From: Octopus sinensis
Taxonomy: Eukaryota
DNA length: 64,000 bases
Assembly (NCBI RefSeq): GCF_006345805.1
Contig: NC_043020.1
Location: forward strand, 23,374,001-23,438,000
Direction of reading: 5' to 3'
A program made the position numbers and the translations under genes. Below are positions 27,575 through 40,479 of the stretch, piece by piece. The notes under the pieces were generated by a model, which did not search any database, had not been told where the DNA came from, and saw nothing but the letters and a program-made list of their open reading frames with translations. How positions within the stretch are numbered: position 1 is the first letter of the stretch; the number at the start of each line of letters is the position of its first letter.

Positions 27575-28170
27575 GCGCAGGAGTGGCTGTGTGGTAGGTA
27601 GCTTGCTAACCAACCACATGGCTCCTGGTTCAGTCCTACTGCATGGAATCTTGGGCAAATGTCTACTACTATAGCCACGGGCCAACAAAAGCCATGTCAG
27701 TGAATTTGGTAGACGGAAACGGAAAGAATCTCGTCGTATATATATATATATATATATATACGCGCGCACATACACACACCACACATATATACTCTTTTAC
27801 TTGTTTCAGACTGTGGCCATGCTGGAGCACGGCCTTTAGTCGAGCAAATCGACCTCAGGACTTATTCTTTGTAAGCCTAGTACTTATTATATTGGTCTCT
27901 TTTGCCGAACCGCTAAATTATGGTGACGTAAACACACCAGCATCGGTTGTCGAGTGATGCTGGGGGGACAAACACAGAGACACAAACACATACACACACA
28001 TACATATATACGACGGGCTTCTTTCAGTTTCCGTCTACCAAATCCACTCACAAGGCTTTGGTCGGCCCGAGGCTATAGTAGAAGACACTTGCCCAAGGTG
28101 CCACGCAGTGGGAATGAAACCGGAACTATGTGGTTGGTATGCAAACTACTTACCACACAGCCACTCCTGT
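27575..28170. mobile_element. Two SINE family A copies, convergent (27575-27735 +, 27793-28170 -)
   Basis: Both carry the ggagtggctgtgtgg head. Confidence 0.88.
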
Positions 28171-28265
28171 GAATCATAGATCAACGTCCAAAATCCCGAT
28201 GGTGCTTCAGCAGAATCGCAGTTGCATACCTGAAGCGAATAAAAGAATGAAAGAATAAAAAAATA

Positions 28266-28450
28266 CAGTAAATCCTCGCCTTATCGCGGTTCACCTATCG
28301 CGGTTTATGATTTAAGCTAACGTCGATTCCCCCGTGGTGTTGTTTTGCATTTACAATAAAATACATATATACAAGTTATAAAAATAATTTAAAAACATAC
28401 AGTGCTATATCTGCTTCGCGGATTTTCACCCGCGATAGTCGAGGGATAAC

Positions 28451-28452
<2 letters not shown>
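28266..28452. mobile_element. pogo/Tigger-like MITE
   Basis: TA|CAGTAAATCCTCGCCTTATCGCGG ... CCGCGATAGTCGAGGGATAACTG|TA imperfect TIRs with TA target duplication. Confidence 0.75.
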
Positions 28453-28506
<54 letters not shown>

Positions 28507-28546
28507 GATGCATGTATGTATGTATGTATGTATGTATGTATGTATA

Positions 28547-28623
28547 GGCGTCCGGTCTGGGAATCGAAACCGCGATCCTACGACCGCGAGTCCGCTGCCC
28601 TAACCACTGGGCCATTGCGCCTC
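28547..28623 (-). mobile_element. SINE family C head only
   Basis: tRNA-like head without the body. Confidence 0.85.
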
Positions 28624-28674
28624 ATATATATATATATATACATACATACATACATACATACATACATACATACA

Positions 28675-28706
<32 letters not shown>

Positions 28707-29670
28707 CGTATATTCAGTTATCTACCGGATAGAATCGGGCATGATGCCATATGGATATTTTCTTTTAATCCTCCTGAAAAATATATGAAACTGCTTGAAT
28801 ATTACCATACAATGTTCTCGGCAAAACAGCCGTCCCATTAAACTTTAAACCTGAATATACCTTCTATAAGATGAATGGCATTTGATGACGTCAGAAACAA
28901 ATTCACCACCTGCAGACGACATATGCACACGGTTCTATGAAACAAGTTTATGTGATAAAGATTAAACGCAGCTATTAAATCCAGGTATTTTATATATTTA
29001 TCTCACACGCAAGAGAAGTGCTCTACACTGAACCAACCAATTTCTAGAGCTGATTGTAATATATATATATATATATGCAACCATATTGGATCATCCCGTA
29101 AATAATGCGGTTTTTTTATACTTCGATTTTTTTCAAAATTAAGAAAAAATATTTTTTCTTTAATCTAAATATACTCTCCTTCATTAGAAATATTGAATTT
29201 CTAAACGTCTCAAAGAGACATGAACGGTGGTGGAGCGATAGAGTGGTTGTATACTGTCAACATAATGTGACAGTCCCGTAAGGGAATTACCTCACCGCTG
29301 TTTAGCTCTAGGAAGCACCGACGTTTCCTGTCAGCTTTTTCTACAATACTCTTCCATCTACCTGCATTTTTGTGTATTTCATTACATTTTTGTTTTGTAG
29401 GTCCTTCTTTATACCAAATCCATCCTCCTTAATGATTGCATATAGAGTCAGATCGGCTGCTTTTGCAAGTTTTTTTTTTTTGCACACGTCACACCATTTC
29501 CTTGTTAAACATGTAGCGACCGGTTTTGCATAAACTGGGAGAGTTATGTAACTAGTAATGTATTCAGTCAGTAAGAACCTGCAAATAATGTGTATTCGAT
29601 AAATTTAATCGCAGAAAATGCTGTAGAAAATGATTCATTTAGTTCGTTGTTTCCTAACAGTAAGGTTAGT

Positions 29671-29940
29671 GGAGGCACATGGCCTAATGGTGAGAGCAGC
29701 GGACTGGCGGTCGGCGGATCGTGGGTTCGATTCTCAGACCGAGTGATGTGTGTGTTTATGAGCGAAACACCTAAGCTACACATGGCTCCGGCAACAGGTA
29801 ATGACGAACTTATACTAACTCTTTCGCCACAACTTTCTCTCACTCTTTCCTCCTGCATCTTGCAGCTCACCTGACGCGGGACCAGCGTCCCGTGAAGGTG
29901 GGGAACCTATGCGCCAAGGAAACCGGGTAACCGGCCTTAC
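29671..29940 (+). mobile_element. Diverged tRNA-derived SINE related to family C
   Basis: ggaggcacatggcctaatggtgagagcagcggact...gggttcgattctcagaccg. Confidence 0.75.
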
Positions 29941-31129
29941 AATAAGGTTAGTGTTAGATCCCTCCATCTTGATTTAGATTACGTTACAGGATGCGAAGAC
30001 AAAACCGAGATGTTTCACCTATCTTAGCTGTACATTTACCACCTGTTTTAATTGAACATGTACGGAATATCTTTATGGCCCAAATTGCTTACAATAAATA
30101 ACCGTCAATTCTTGAAATCCTATTCTACGATATAAAAAAAGACGGGGGTATTTGATCAGATATATTAGTAAAAATCATTTAATCAAAGATATATTCGATC
30201 AGGGAGCTTTGAGATCAAACAATATGAATAGAAACCAGTAAGGTAATCTAAATGTAATACCTCGATCTGTTAATACTAGCAACGATATTTAAATTAAATT
30301 CAGCCGCCCTAATGATTTGTGGTTCCATCGAGATGGTAGGTCTCCAGATGGATTCAAATTTCGTCATTGGAAACATTTGGCTCTACTGAGTCTACTCATC
30401 ACATATATTGTTGAGAATATAATGTATTTCCTCATTTCATATGAGGTATATAATCGTAAACACTACTGTAAAAATGGGTCCTATTCCTTTTGTTATTGAA
30501 TATTTTCCTTCTTCCAATCTTTATATTTAACCTGTGAGGGTTTTACTTCTATCATTTCTGTGCTGCACATGTAGTTGGGACACTAGCGGCGTAGAGCAAA
30601 CTCATCATGGAGAAAATATGGTCTTGCTGACGTGTTGCATTATTTAGAATATATTTGTCGCTATAAGTCAATCACTGACAACCGATATATCAGTATATAG
30701 GTTTGTATTTATGAAAATTTTAAATGAGAATGGCTATAAATCTTGTTATGAAACAAAGCTGAAAAGGAACCAACTGTGCGATCTGATAAAAATGTGACAA
30801 TCACTTTCATTTTGCAGATGGAACATAAATAACATCCTACGGCTTTTAGACATAATAAGATTTGACCACTTTCCCTGAATTCCAGATATTACGAAAATGG
30901 CTTCCTTATTCGGTAATTTTCTGCTACAGTCTTCTTCATAAACATTGACAATTACCATTAACTTGAGATATCGCAAACCCTCTGCCATATAGGTCCATTT
31001 TCTAAATCAACCAGCAACAAATATCTTCTCTTGTTGTTTTGTGAAATTTATTGTGTCAGCCCTCTGTCGGTTTTTAGTTCTAGTTTCATCTATCGATGAC
31101 CTTATATGGGTGCATGTATGACTGAGGGG

Positions 31130-31550
31130 TTTAGAAGCTCGTTTGGCAACTGCATGATTTCTGGTTCAGTTCCACCGCACGGCACCTTGAGCGGGTGTCT
31201 TCTACAATAATCCCTGGCTGTTGACTAATGCCTTGGGAGTAAACTTGATAAACGGAGACTAAAGAAAACCCGTCTTAAATATACAGGTATATATGTGTGT
31301 GTGTGCTTGTGGGTGTGTTTGTGTGTGAGTGTGTGTGTGTGTTTGTGTGTGTGTGCGTGTTTGTGTGTGTGTGTGCGTGTTTGTGTGTGTGTGTGTGTGT
31401 GGTGTGTGTGTGTGCTCCTGTGTTTCCCAAGCCGCTTGAAAACCGGTGCTCTTTTTCCTTACGTGGACGTAACGTAGCGGTTCGGGAAAAGGCGGTGGTC
31501 CAACATGGCCACAGTCAAATGACTGAAACAAGTAAAAGAGTAAAAGAATA
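31130..31550 (+). mobile_element. SINE family A, diverged
   Basis: ggttcagttccaccgcacggcaccttgagc...gactgaaacaagtaaaagag. Confidence 0.8.
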
Positions 31551-31740
31551 AAGCCCACATCTCAGTTGGGAATTGTAAATGCAGGTCCATTACCACAATC
31601 AGATGTTCACATATATACAGTGTTTGTAGATATCAAGATTTCAGAATCCTTTATTTACTCTTATTTACTCGGCAATTATGTTTGAATTATAATTACATGC
31701 TCTAAACTGATACCACATATTTTTATAATTCATTTTCTCT

Positions 31741-31784
<44 letters not shown>

Positions 31785-31792
<8 letters not shown>

Positions 31793-32150
31793 AATTTTTT
31801 GCGTAATAAGATAAAAAAAAACAAGGCTGTGTAGATATTAGAGCATTTATAGATAGAAGGTCTTACAGCTGTTTCTAGGATATTTATTAATAATATCCCT
31901 TCATCAGAGACGGTGTGGGAGGATAGTTAAGTCATAGTTAGTTTAGATGTGATACAAAATAGAGAGTGAGGTGGAGGAAAGAAAATAGATGCAAGATATG
32001 CATGGGTATTGAAGTTGTAAATCCATTTTTTAGGCATAATGGTATATATGCAATATTCCAATATCCTTTGAGTAAAGTCCAAAAAGTCCAACAGAGTTTA
32101 AAATGAGTCCATCCAAATATAGAGTTTATAAGCAATGTAAGATTCCCATA
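31785..32150 (-). mobile_element. PLE 3' end remnant
   Basis: Minus-strand TQRILEYCIYTIMPKKWIYNFN-like endonuclease tail followed by a hammerhead on the same strand. Confidence 0.55.
31860..31911 (-). ncRNA. Type I hammerhead motif, core intact
   Basis: GTCT-CTGATGA-a GGGATATT attaata AATATCCT a-GAAAC-AGCT-GTA-AGAC; palindrome ACAGCTGT; A.A mismatch at the base of stem II. Confidence 0.78.
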
Positions 32151-33659
32151 TGAGTGAGATCCAGCAGATTTTTAAACTTGGTCATTCCCATCCGCTCAAT
32201 GATGAACCACTTACAGCCATTATTAGCTAGGCTGCTACAACACCACCTCTGTTTTGGTTGTAGTTCAATCTGGAGTTTTAGTGGCAGACCAGCCCCAGCA
32301 CATATAGTACATAGTGTTACGTTATGTCATTCAGCGGAATTTTTTAAATGGACTTTATCTGCAAAATCTTGAAGGTGTCAGATTTGTTTATAGTTTGCAT
32401 GAACCAGTCTTTTCAAAAATAATTGGGAAAATTCCAGGACCCGGTTAACTGCGATAAAACTACATCGATGACACCCCACATCGCTGGTACTCCACCCGCA
32501 TTTATTCATTATAATTATCGTAGCATTTTTGGAGTAAACTTTCAAATTTTCCGGTTTAATGTTTGGCACAGGCGAACTGGCAAAATATTCGGCACAAGCA
32601 AACACGCCGGACAAATTGCTTAGTATCATGTGTTCTGACTTCACGTTATGAGTTCAATTTGTACAAATCGATTTTGTCTTTCATCCTTTCGGGATCGATA
32701 AAATATATACCAGTTGAACCGGGGGAAGAAATTGTGATTAGCTAGCCTCTTCCCTCTAAATTTCAGGCCCCGGGCCTTTAATACAATGAAATATATAAGA
32801 AACTGCAGAACAATCCTCTCAATTTTGCTGCTTCATGTTTAGCACGTTTGTAAACGAGACTTCATACATTTTTGACCAGCGAATATATATTGGATTTTTC
32901 TAACTCCAACATAATTGATAATGAACGTCTGTTTGTGTTGGGAATCTGCAATTACTTTGTTGTTTGCTGGAACCTTTTGGAAAAGGACAAAGCAATTACC
33001 CCTTCGTTTATAATGCATGATGGCACATACAATGAAGAATACACTTCCTGCCACTTTTCTATGAATTGTTCGGAATTGGTAACATATTCTGGGAAAACAT
33101 TGATTAAAATTACGGAGATGTACTTGCATAGCAAGTGATTTGATCTGAGATCGTGTGCTGGAACGAAAACAATTGCAGCGTGGAAGGTGTTTGTAAGTCA
33201 TTTAAGAAACACACAAAAGCCGTTCGAATCACTTCAACATTTAAGTTTAATTTGTCAAAATATTTTCGTCGCTTTAAGACCGCGACCTGTTCGCGGACAA
33301 AAATCCGTGCTGCATCTCAAAATATTTGGGAAAATTCCAGGATCCGGTTAATTGCGATAAAACTACATCGAGTTGACGAATGTAGCACATATTTCAGGAA
33401 AACGGTAAACGTCGAAGTGTTTCGTCTGTTGAAAATAAGATGGCTATTATAACATGAGTCTGCTTCCGGTGTCATCATTAGGAATATTGATGTATAAAAA
33501 GAAAAACAGCAAAGACTGTATTGTATGTAACTTTTGTTATTTCTTTAACTTGTTTAAAATCACAGGATTGCGGACACGCTGGGGTAACATCTTCAAGGGA
33601 CCACGTGTTTTCAAAGCAAGTTTTTTTAATCACGTATTCATTCTTTAAATTATGTCTAA

Positions 33660-34200
33660 ATTTACTCTCTTTTACTCTTTACTCTTTTACTTGTTTCAGT
33701 CATTTGACTGTGGCCATGCTGGAGCACCGCCTTTAGTCGAGCAAATCGACACCAGGACTTATTCTTTGTAGGCCTAATATTTATTCTGTCGGTCTCTTTT
33801 GCCGAACCGCTAAGTTACGGTGACGTAAACGCACCAGCATCGGTTGTCAAGCGATGTTGGGGGAAGGGGCAAAAACAGACACACAAAGATACACACCACA
33901 CACACACACACACATATATATATATACATATATACGACGGGCTTCTTTCAGTTTCCGTCAATCACATCCACTCACAAGGCTTTGGTCGGCCCGTGGCTAG
34001 AGTAGAAGACACTTGCCCAAGATGACACTCAGTGGGAATGAACCCGGAACCATGTGGTTCGCAAGCAAAAGACACCGATAGAATAAATACTAGGCTGATG
34101 AAGAATAAGTTCTGTGGTCGATTTGTTCGACTAAGGGCGGTACTCCAGCATGGCCGCCGTCAAATGACTGAAACAGGTAAAAGAATAAAAGAGTAAAAAT
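33660..34200. mobile_element. SINE family A (-) 33660-34070 fused to an inverted 3' tail (+) 34070-34200
   Basis: Family A motifs on both strands. Confidence 0.85.
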
Positions 34201-34219
34201 GTATATATTAGAAACAAAC

Positions 34220-34800
34220 ATACATACCAGTTGGTGGTATACTGATAGCAAAACCGAGCTGTATTTGTTTGTTTCAGTTTATACAGAACAGTGAAGTCCG
34301 TAAACACCTGTTCTCAGTTGTTCTAGAATTTCGTGGTCACATCTTCAGGATGTGGTTATGTTGATGTTGGTTTACATGTGACAGCTGAAATTTGAATTTT
34401 CGACTGATAGATTGAACATTATCAATCAGTTATTTGGAAATGGTAATTGTTGTGGAATTTTTGGTTTACCTAAATACTGTATTACGAATATTGTTTCTAC
34501 TAATCTGTCATTTTTTTTGGGGGGGGGAGTAGGGGAATTTCGTTGATTTCAGTTGCATTTTCCATTAACGTATTTTAATTTAAATTGTTTATAAATTTTT
34601 TAATGTAGTGCATGTCTCTAAATGGATGATAAACCGACAGAAGATTGTTGCACTTGTATAGCTAATCCAACGCAGCTCGCACAACATTAAGTAATCCTCC
34701 TTCAAGTCCATTAGATCTTAACAATTTTCTAATTCGACTCTTTTAAATTTTGGCATCATTTATTAGGGGAGAATTTTCTTCAAGCATTTAAATTCAATTT
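34220..34800 (-). mobile_element. Degenerate PLE GIY-YIG region
   Basis: Minus-strand RTGVYGLHCSV...; HPFRDMHYIK; many stops. Confidence 0.4.
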
Positions 34801-35570
34801 GCGGTATGGAGATAATTTTCATAATGACATTTGTAGTTCTTTGCTGAACGGGTAGAGAAAGAACGAACTCTTTCTCAGAGTCAACGTTCGAATCAAAATC
34901 TTTTTTGCCTGAAAGAAAAAGCTGCGTTTTGAAAATTTTGTAAACTCAGTTTGTTTTACTATTCGTAGCCACTGCTCTGACATGAAGCCTCTGTTATGAC
35001 AAATACGCTGAAGGAATTCTCTAACCATTGTATTTAATAAAATATCCTGTGTGGAAAGTCTGGCTGCATACACGTTAGTATATGTCAGGTGCATACAATT
35101 GACAACACAGTTAATTAAGATTTACTCAGTGAGTTCTACTCAACACATGTTTACACGTGGAATTAGCAGAATCATTATTAACTTTAGTTTTGGCCGATAA
35201 AGTTGAACTGAAAAACCTTACAACGAGGCATGAATTGCACGAAGCCGACTTGCAGTCTTGGGAAGAGCTATCTGAGCGGAAAATTCGTGGATGTATTCAA
35301 CATCAAACTCGTGTTCGGCGTCAAATAGTTGACTGTCGCGGTGGTAACAGATTCATGTGATAAATTTTTTGTATATTTTTGTTTCATAATATATATTTTT
35401 TCGGATGCAGCCAGACTTTTCACACAGAGGGTACAAGAAGTCCTGTGTCTTTTTTTTATTGTTTTGTCCATTTATATTTATTCATTTATTTATTTATTTA
35501 GTATTCGACTAAACAAAATATTCAAAATGAAAAAGAACTCAAACACGAGAATTCCTTCTTCATGTTGCAG

Positions 35571-35813
35571 CGGAAAATAATTCTGAAGACATATATGACG
35601 AAACAATAGCAGATGATCACGATGCGAAGATTTTGGTTCCTGTTGAAGATCTCGTCCCGCAGATGCCGTTCAGCCCGGAGATTTATTCAGAGGAGGAAAT
35701 GCTGAAGAAATCAAAGAACTTTTACCAAACAATGAATGCCAGAAGAAGTTGTCGATTCATCTCTTCAAAACCTGTACCCATCGAAATTATCAACAACATT
35801 ATTCTCACTGCAG
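35571..35813 (+). CDS. IYD: Iodotyrosine deiodinase exon 2
   Basis: Acceptor ttcatgttgcag|; encodes ...YSEEEMLKKSKNFYQTMNARRSCRFISSKPVPIEIINNIILTAG (FMN-binding RRSxR motif); donor GCAG|GTTCG, phase 1. Confidence 0.95.
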
Positions 35814-36267
35814 GTTCGACACCATTTCTTTTATATATTTTTTCGTATAAATTTTTTTCCTTTAAAAAAAACCTAAAGTATATATTTCTTTACTACCCAC
35901 AAGGAGCTAAACACAGAGGGGACAAACAAGGACAGACAAAAGGATTAAGTCAATTACATCGACCCCAGTGCGTAACTGGTACTTATTTTATCGACCCCGA
36001 AAGGATGAAAGGCAAAGTCCACCTAAAAACATAAAGTATATATTATGAAAGGCGTATGCATAGCTTTGTGGTTAAGAAGCTCTCGTTGCAACCACATGGT
36101 TTCAGGTTCAGTCTCACTGCGCCGCAACTTGGACGCTCAGAGCCGGCCAATACCTTGTGCGTTAATTTTGAAGGCGGATAGTGAGTGCATGTATGTGTGT
36201 ATGTGCATGTGTGTGTTTGTGTGTTTGCGTGTGTGTGTGTGTGTGTGTGTGCGTGTGTGTGTGTGTG

Positions 36268-36545
36268 ATGCTGATAACAAGGCAAGATTAGAAACAAATA
36301 ATGTTGAGAACAAAACAAGTTAGAAAATAAATAATGCTGATAACAAAAGAAGTTCAGAAATATCGCTGATAACAAAACGAGTTTAAAAACAAAAATGTTG
36401 ATAATACGGCAAGATCAGTACTAAATAATGTCGATAACAAACAAGTACGGAAACCTATAATGTTGACAACAAGACGGGTTCGGGAATAAAAATGTTGAAT
36501 AAAAGACAAGTTCAGAAATCAAGTGAGATGACAGAACTTGAACAG
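36268..36545 (+). repeat. Degenerate ~33-bp minisatellite
   Basis: Units aatg(c/t)tgataacaaaacaagttcagaaataaat, about 8 copies. Confidence 0.7.
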
Positions 36546-36579
36546 TAAATATTTTCTGAATGGATCAAGTGACATTTCT

Positions 36580-37130
36580 AAGAATCACGGTAGTGAAAAG
36601 AAAATTTACAAAATAATCTACAAGGTAAAATCAGCCCTTAAATCCATCATAAATGAAAACGAACTATAAGTCACATTCAAAAATGGTGTACCGTATGCTG
36701 CTATAACTATAGTTTACGTATCGAAGCGACCATTTGTACCGTATATATAGAGACCATCCAAAGACAATCGGCCACATAATTTCTGGGTGCTGCATTCCTG
36801 CAGCCATTGCACCCACCGCTGCAACCACTTCAGCATACACCTACCCCGGTACCGGTACACGTCTGACCATACATTCATCCATACACTCTGTTTACTTGGA
36901 ATAACCAGATTAATGTCCTAAAACATGGAAGCAACCATTTGTGCCGTATATGCAGAGACCATCCAAAAACACTCGACCACATAATTTCTGGATACAGCAT
37001 TCCTGCAGCCATTACACCCAACGCTTCAACCACTTCAGTATACATCTACCCCGGTACACCTCTGACCATACATTCATCCATACACTCTGTTTACTATACA
37101 TCAATTTCTGCACCTTCTTCTCCATACATT
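36580..37130 (+). mobile_element. Non-LTR retroelement C-terminal CCHC remnant (R4/Dong-like) with a ~200-bp tandem duplication
   Basis: MCRICRDHPKTLDHIISG resembles CRxC...ETxxHIxSGC; 36737-36900 is repeated at 36940-37100. Confidence 0.5.
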
Positions 37131-37730
37131 TCCCACTGCCCCTACTTCACATTCCATCCGTATATATATTCTCTTCAGCTTACATGAACGATTGTGACCA
37201 CTCCCATCGCAGAACTATATCTATACTCGCAGACTAATCCATAGAAACAGTCAATTGCAACAAAGCAATTACTGTCTTTAATAATGAGTCTCGAAAGTAA
37301 TATATAAAATTAATATTGAAACAAATTCTCATGGACGCTCTCATATATAAGATTTTCGAGTGAAATAAAAATCTTTGTTAATCAGTTATGATGTGGAATT
37401 AAACGCAATGATTTGCTTCCAGCTAGCTTCAGAATAATTCTATAAATATATTACATATAAATTTTGTATATTAATTTCGCTATTCTGCACCCATTCAGAG
37501 AGTTTCTTGGTTTTCTTTACGTAGGTATGCTTGAAGAATAATACAACAATTGAAACAAAACAGAAATTGATCTAGAGAAAACTTCTTACATACTTAAGAA
37601 AGGTAGGCGTACCCACAATGCACACACATTTGTATAGATGTGTGTGTATGTGCAATTGTGAGCACTAAGAAGTACGCACCTTCGTAAGTTGGAAATGTGA
37701 ATGTACGTCGTGTGGTGTGAATGAGTTTAA

Positions 37731-37794
<64 letters not shown>

Positions 37795-38927
37795 ACATAT
37801 CTATACATATGCATATTTACATATAAACATATATATGATACATATACACGTATAATATATATACTTAAATATATATATATATATATATATGTACTTATGC
37901 ATAAACAGACAAACCTAAAGATAGCTAAATAGATAAGTAGACAGCTAGCTATAATACAAATATAATTAAATATTTATTTGTGTGTGTGCGTGTATACGTG
38001 TATATATATATGTGTGTATGTATTAATGTGCATTTGTTGTTGTGTTTGTGTATGCGTGAATACATAAGGGATTAATAATAATTCCTTATTAGACATATGT
38101 AAACTCTTTTATGACTTTTTATTGAATCGCTTATTTATCCGCTAAGTGGATTCACTGATGTGTATATACATATATATGTATTTATTTATGTATGTATATG
38201 CGTATGTATCTATGTATGTATGTGTGTATGTATATTTGTCTGCGGTTGTGTGTTTGTCCCTGTGTATATGTATGCGTGTATTCATGCATATATATATTTC
38301 AGTAATTATGCATGTAGATGTGTTTTGATTCTAACAGCAACGATTATCATATATAAATGAATATTTGTTTATTTAAAAGAAGATGCAATTTCCTAATATC
38401 AAATATAATAAAATATGATAAAATATAATAACATTTCCTTCAATATGACTCCATAATTTCATGAAATATTCAACGTAAAATTCTCATAAACGATATCTAA
38501 ATTGGAAATTAAACTTTGCAACATATTATTTCAAATATCTTCTGTTTCTTCTCGGTTAGACAAAAACGAGCGTTAATTTGCTTCTTCGTATATGAGTTTT
38601 CAGTTAATTAGCAACTATCACATGATATTATCTTGATATGCGAATATATTGCAATATGGCGGCATTCATTAAACAACGACCATGATAACGAACGGATTTT
38701 ACGAGCTTCTTTTATTACTTTTCCTCTTTATCACGTTACTTGTTTCAGTCGTTTGAATGCGGTTATGCTGGAGCACTGCTTTGAAATGTTTTTGCCGAAC
38801 AATTTGATCTCAAGATTAATATTTAGAGCCTAGTACTTATTCTATCGGTGTCGTTTGTATATATATGTCCCATCCTGTCCTGTTTACCTGTCCTATTGAC
38901 TTTACATATATATATATATGTTTGCAT

Positions 38928-38980
<53 letters not shown>

Positions 38981-39196
38981 TGTGTGGGTGCGTTCAGGTA
39001 GACTTAGTTGTATTTGACCACTACAGGTTGCTATGTGTGCAGTTATAGTTAAGAAGTCATGTATATATGTGTAATGAAGTTTATCAGCGATATGAAGCGC
39101 ACATATCAAATATTTATAATGGTATATAAGTGTATGAGATTGTGTGTGTAGCTATCTATCTATATATACATGTGTGTGTGTGTGTGTGTGTGTGTA

Positions 39197-39420
39197 TACA
39201 GGGGTTGGACAAAATAATGGAAGCACCTACCATCGTAGCATCATAATTTTGAAATATCTATAAAACCGTCAAAAGCCTGTTTATTTTCTATATTTTTTGA
39301 TTTATCATTAGTGTTGCTTAACTTAATATGTTTTGCTAAAATTGGTGTTTCTTTTCAAATATCATCAGGAAAAGTTAATTAAAATTCATTAAAATGACAC
39401 ATTATAGAACTTTCAAAGAG
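39197..39420 (+). mobile_element. Tc1-like 5' fragment
   Basis: TA|CAGGGGTTGGACAAAATAATGGAAGCACC TIR-like start. Confidence 0.55.
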
Positions 39421-39457
39421 ATCAAATTGTTGATGCTCGTATGGCTGGCGCTAACGA

Positions 39458-39507
<50 letters not shown>

Positions 39508-40034
39508 CTTTTTATAATTATGAGTATAATTATAATTAGGGTTCAGCAAAAAGAATTTGCTTTGCCACATACCGAACTTTTCGAAATAGCAGCCAAATAA
39601 CTTAGCTATTTCTTCTACTATACGAAGAATATCCCAGATAACGTATACCCAAAAACAATTCACGTAGGCATAGAGCAAAAACAACGAAAATGCACTCGGC
39701 ATTTGATTGCTTGTGGGCGTGTTTCTAAGGTAGATAGATATGGAGATGCAAGAATTACATCTTCACTCTACCATTCCCTTCCTCAGCACAAGATTTCACG
39801 ATTTTCAATTAGAGAGCATTGAAAAAATTGAACATACCTAGCTGATTCAAGTAACATCAGACAAACTATATCCAACATCCAGTGCCAACGAATTCAAAAC
39901 ATACGAATGAGGCTTCGTATTCTCCCTCACGCACCTACGTGTGTTGTCGAGCAACAACATTCCTACAGAAAAAAACTGTAGTTTATTATCAGGGAGAGAA
40001 TTATATTATCCCTAAAAACTTTCAAGAAAATATA

Positions 40035-40442
40035 CTCTTTACTCTTTACTCTTTTACTTATTTCAGTCATTTGACTGCAGCCATGCTGGAGCACCACCTT
40101 TAGTCGAGCAAATCGACTCCGGGACTTATTCTTTGTAAGCCCAGTACTTATTCTATCGTTCTCTTTTGCCGAACCGCTAAGTTACGGGGACGTAAACACA
40201 CCAGCATCGGTTGTCAAGCAATGCTAGGGGGACAAACACAGGCACACAACCATATACACACACACTTATATATATATGCATATATACGACAGGCTTCTCT
40301 CAGTTTCCGTCTACCAAATCCACTCACAAGGCATTGGTCGGCCCGGGGCTATAGCAGAAGACACTTGCCCAAGATGCCACGCAGTGGGACTGAACCCGCG
40401 GTTGGTTAGCAAGCTACTTACCACACAGCCACTCCTGCGCCT
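40035..40442 (-). mobile_element. SINE family A, full length
   Basis: Family A head and tail on the minus strand. Confidence 0.92.
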
Positions 40443-40479
40443 GTATATATTATACAGTTATGATGACCATCCACCTTAC

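Noticed and set aside
30560-31080. Possible Chapaev-like N-terminal remnant on the minus strand
   Set aside because: Resemblance is limited to a few scattered residues; too weak to list.
32800-33140. Overlapping 60-120 aa ORFs next to the fold-back family copy
   Set aside because: Could be a retroelement N-terminus, but no motif was recognised in any frame.
34300-34355. Minus-strand CTGAAGA-TGTGACCAC-GAAA-TTCTAGAA
   Set aside because: 2-nt stem II loop, no U16.1 and no stem I complement.
35583-35604. CTGAAGA...GAAAC inside IYD exon 2 (also CTGAAGA at 35702 and 52688)
   Set aside because: Arises from Ser-Glu-Asp/Glu codons; no stems I or III and no NUH triplet.
35814-36034. Continuation of ORF 35633-36034, and the Met start of ORF 52579
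   Set aside because: Both lie outside the splice sites; IYD similarity stops at the 35814 donor and resumes at the 52594 acceptor.
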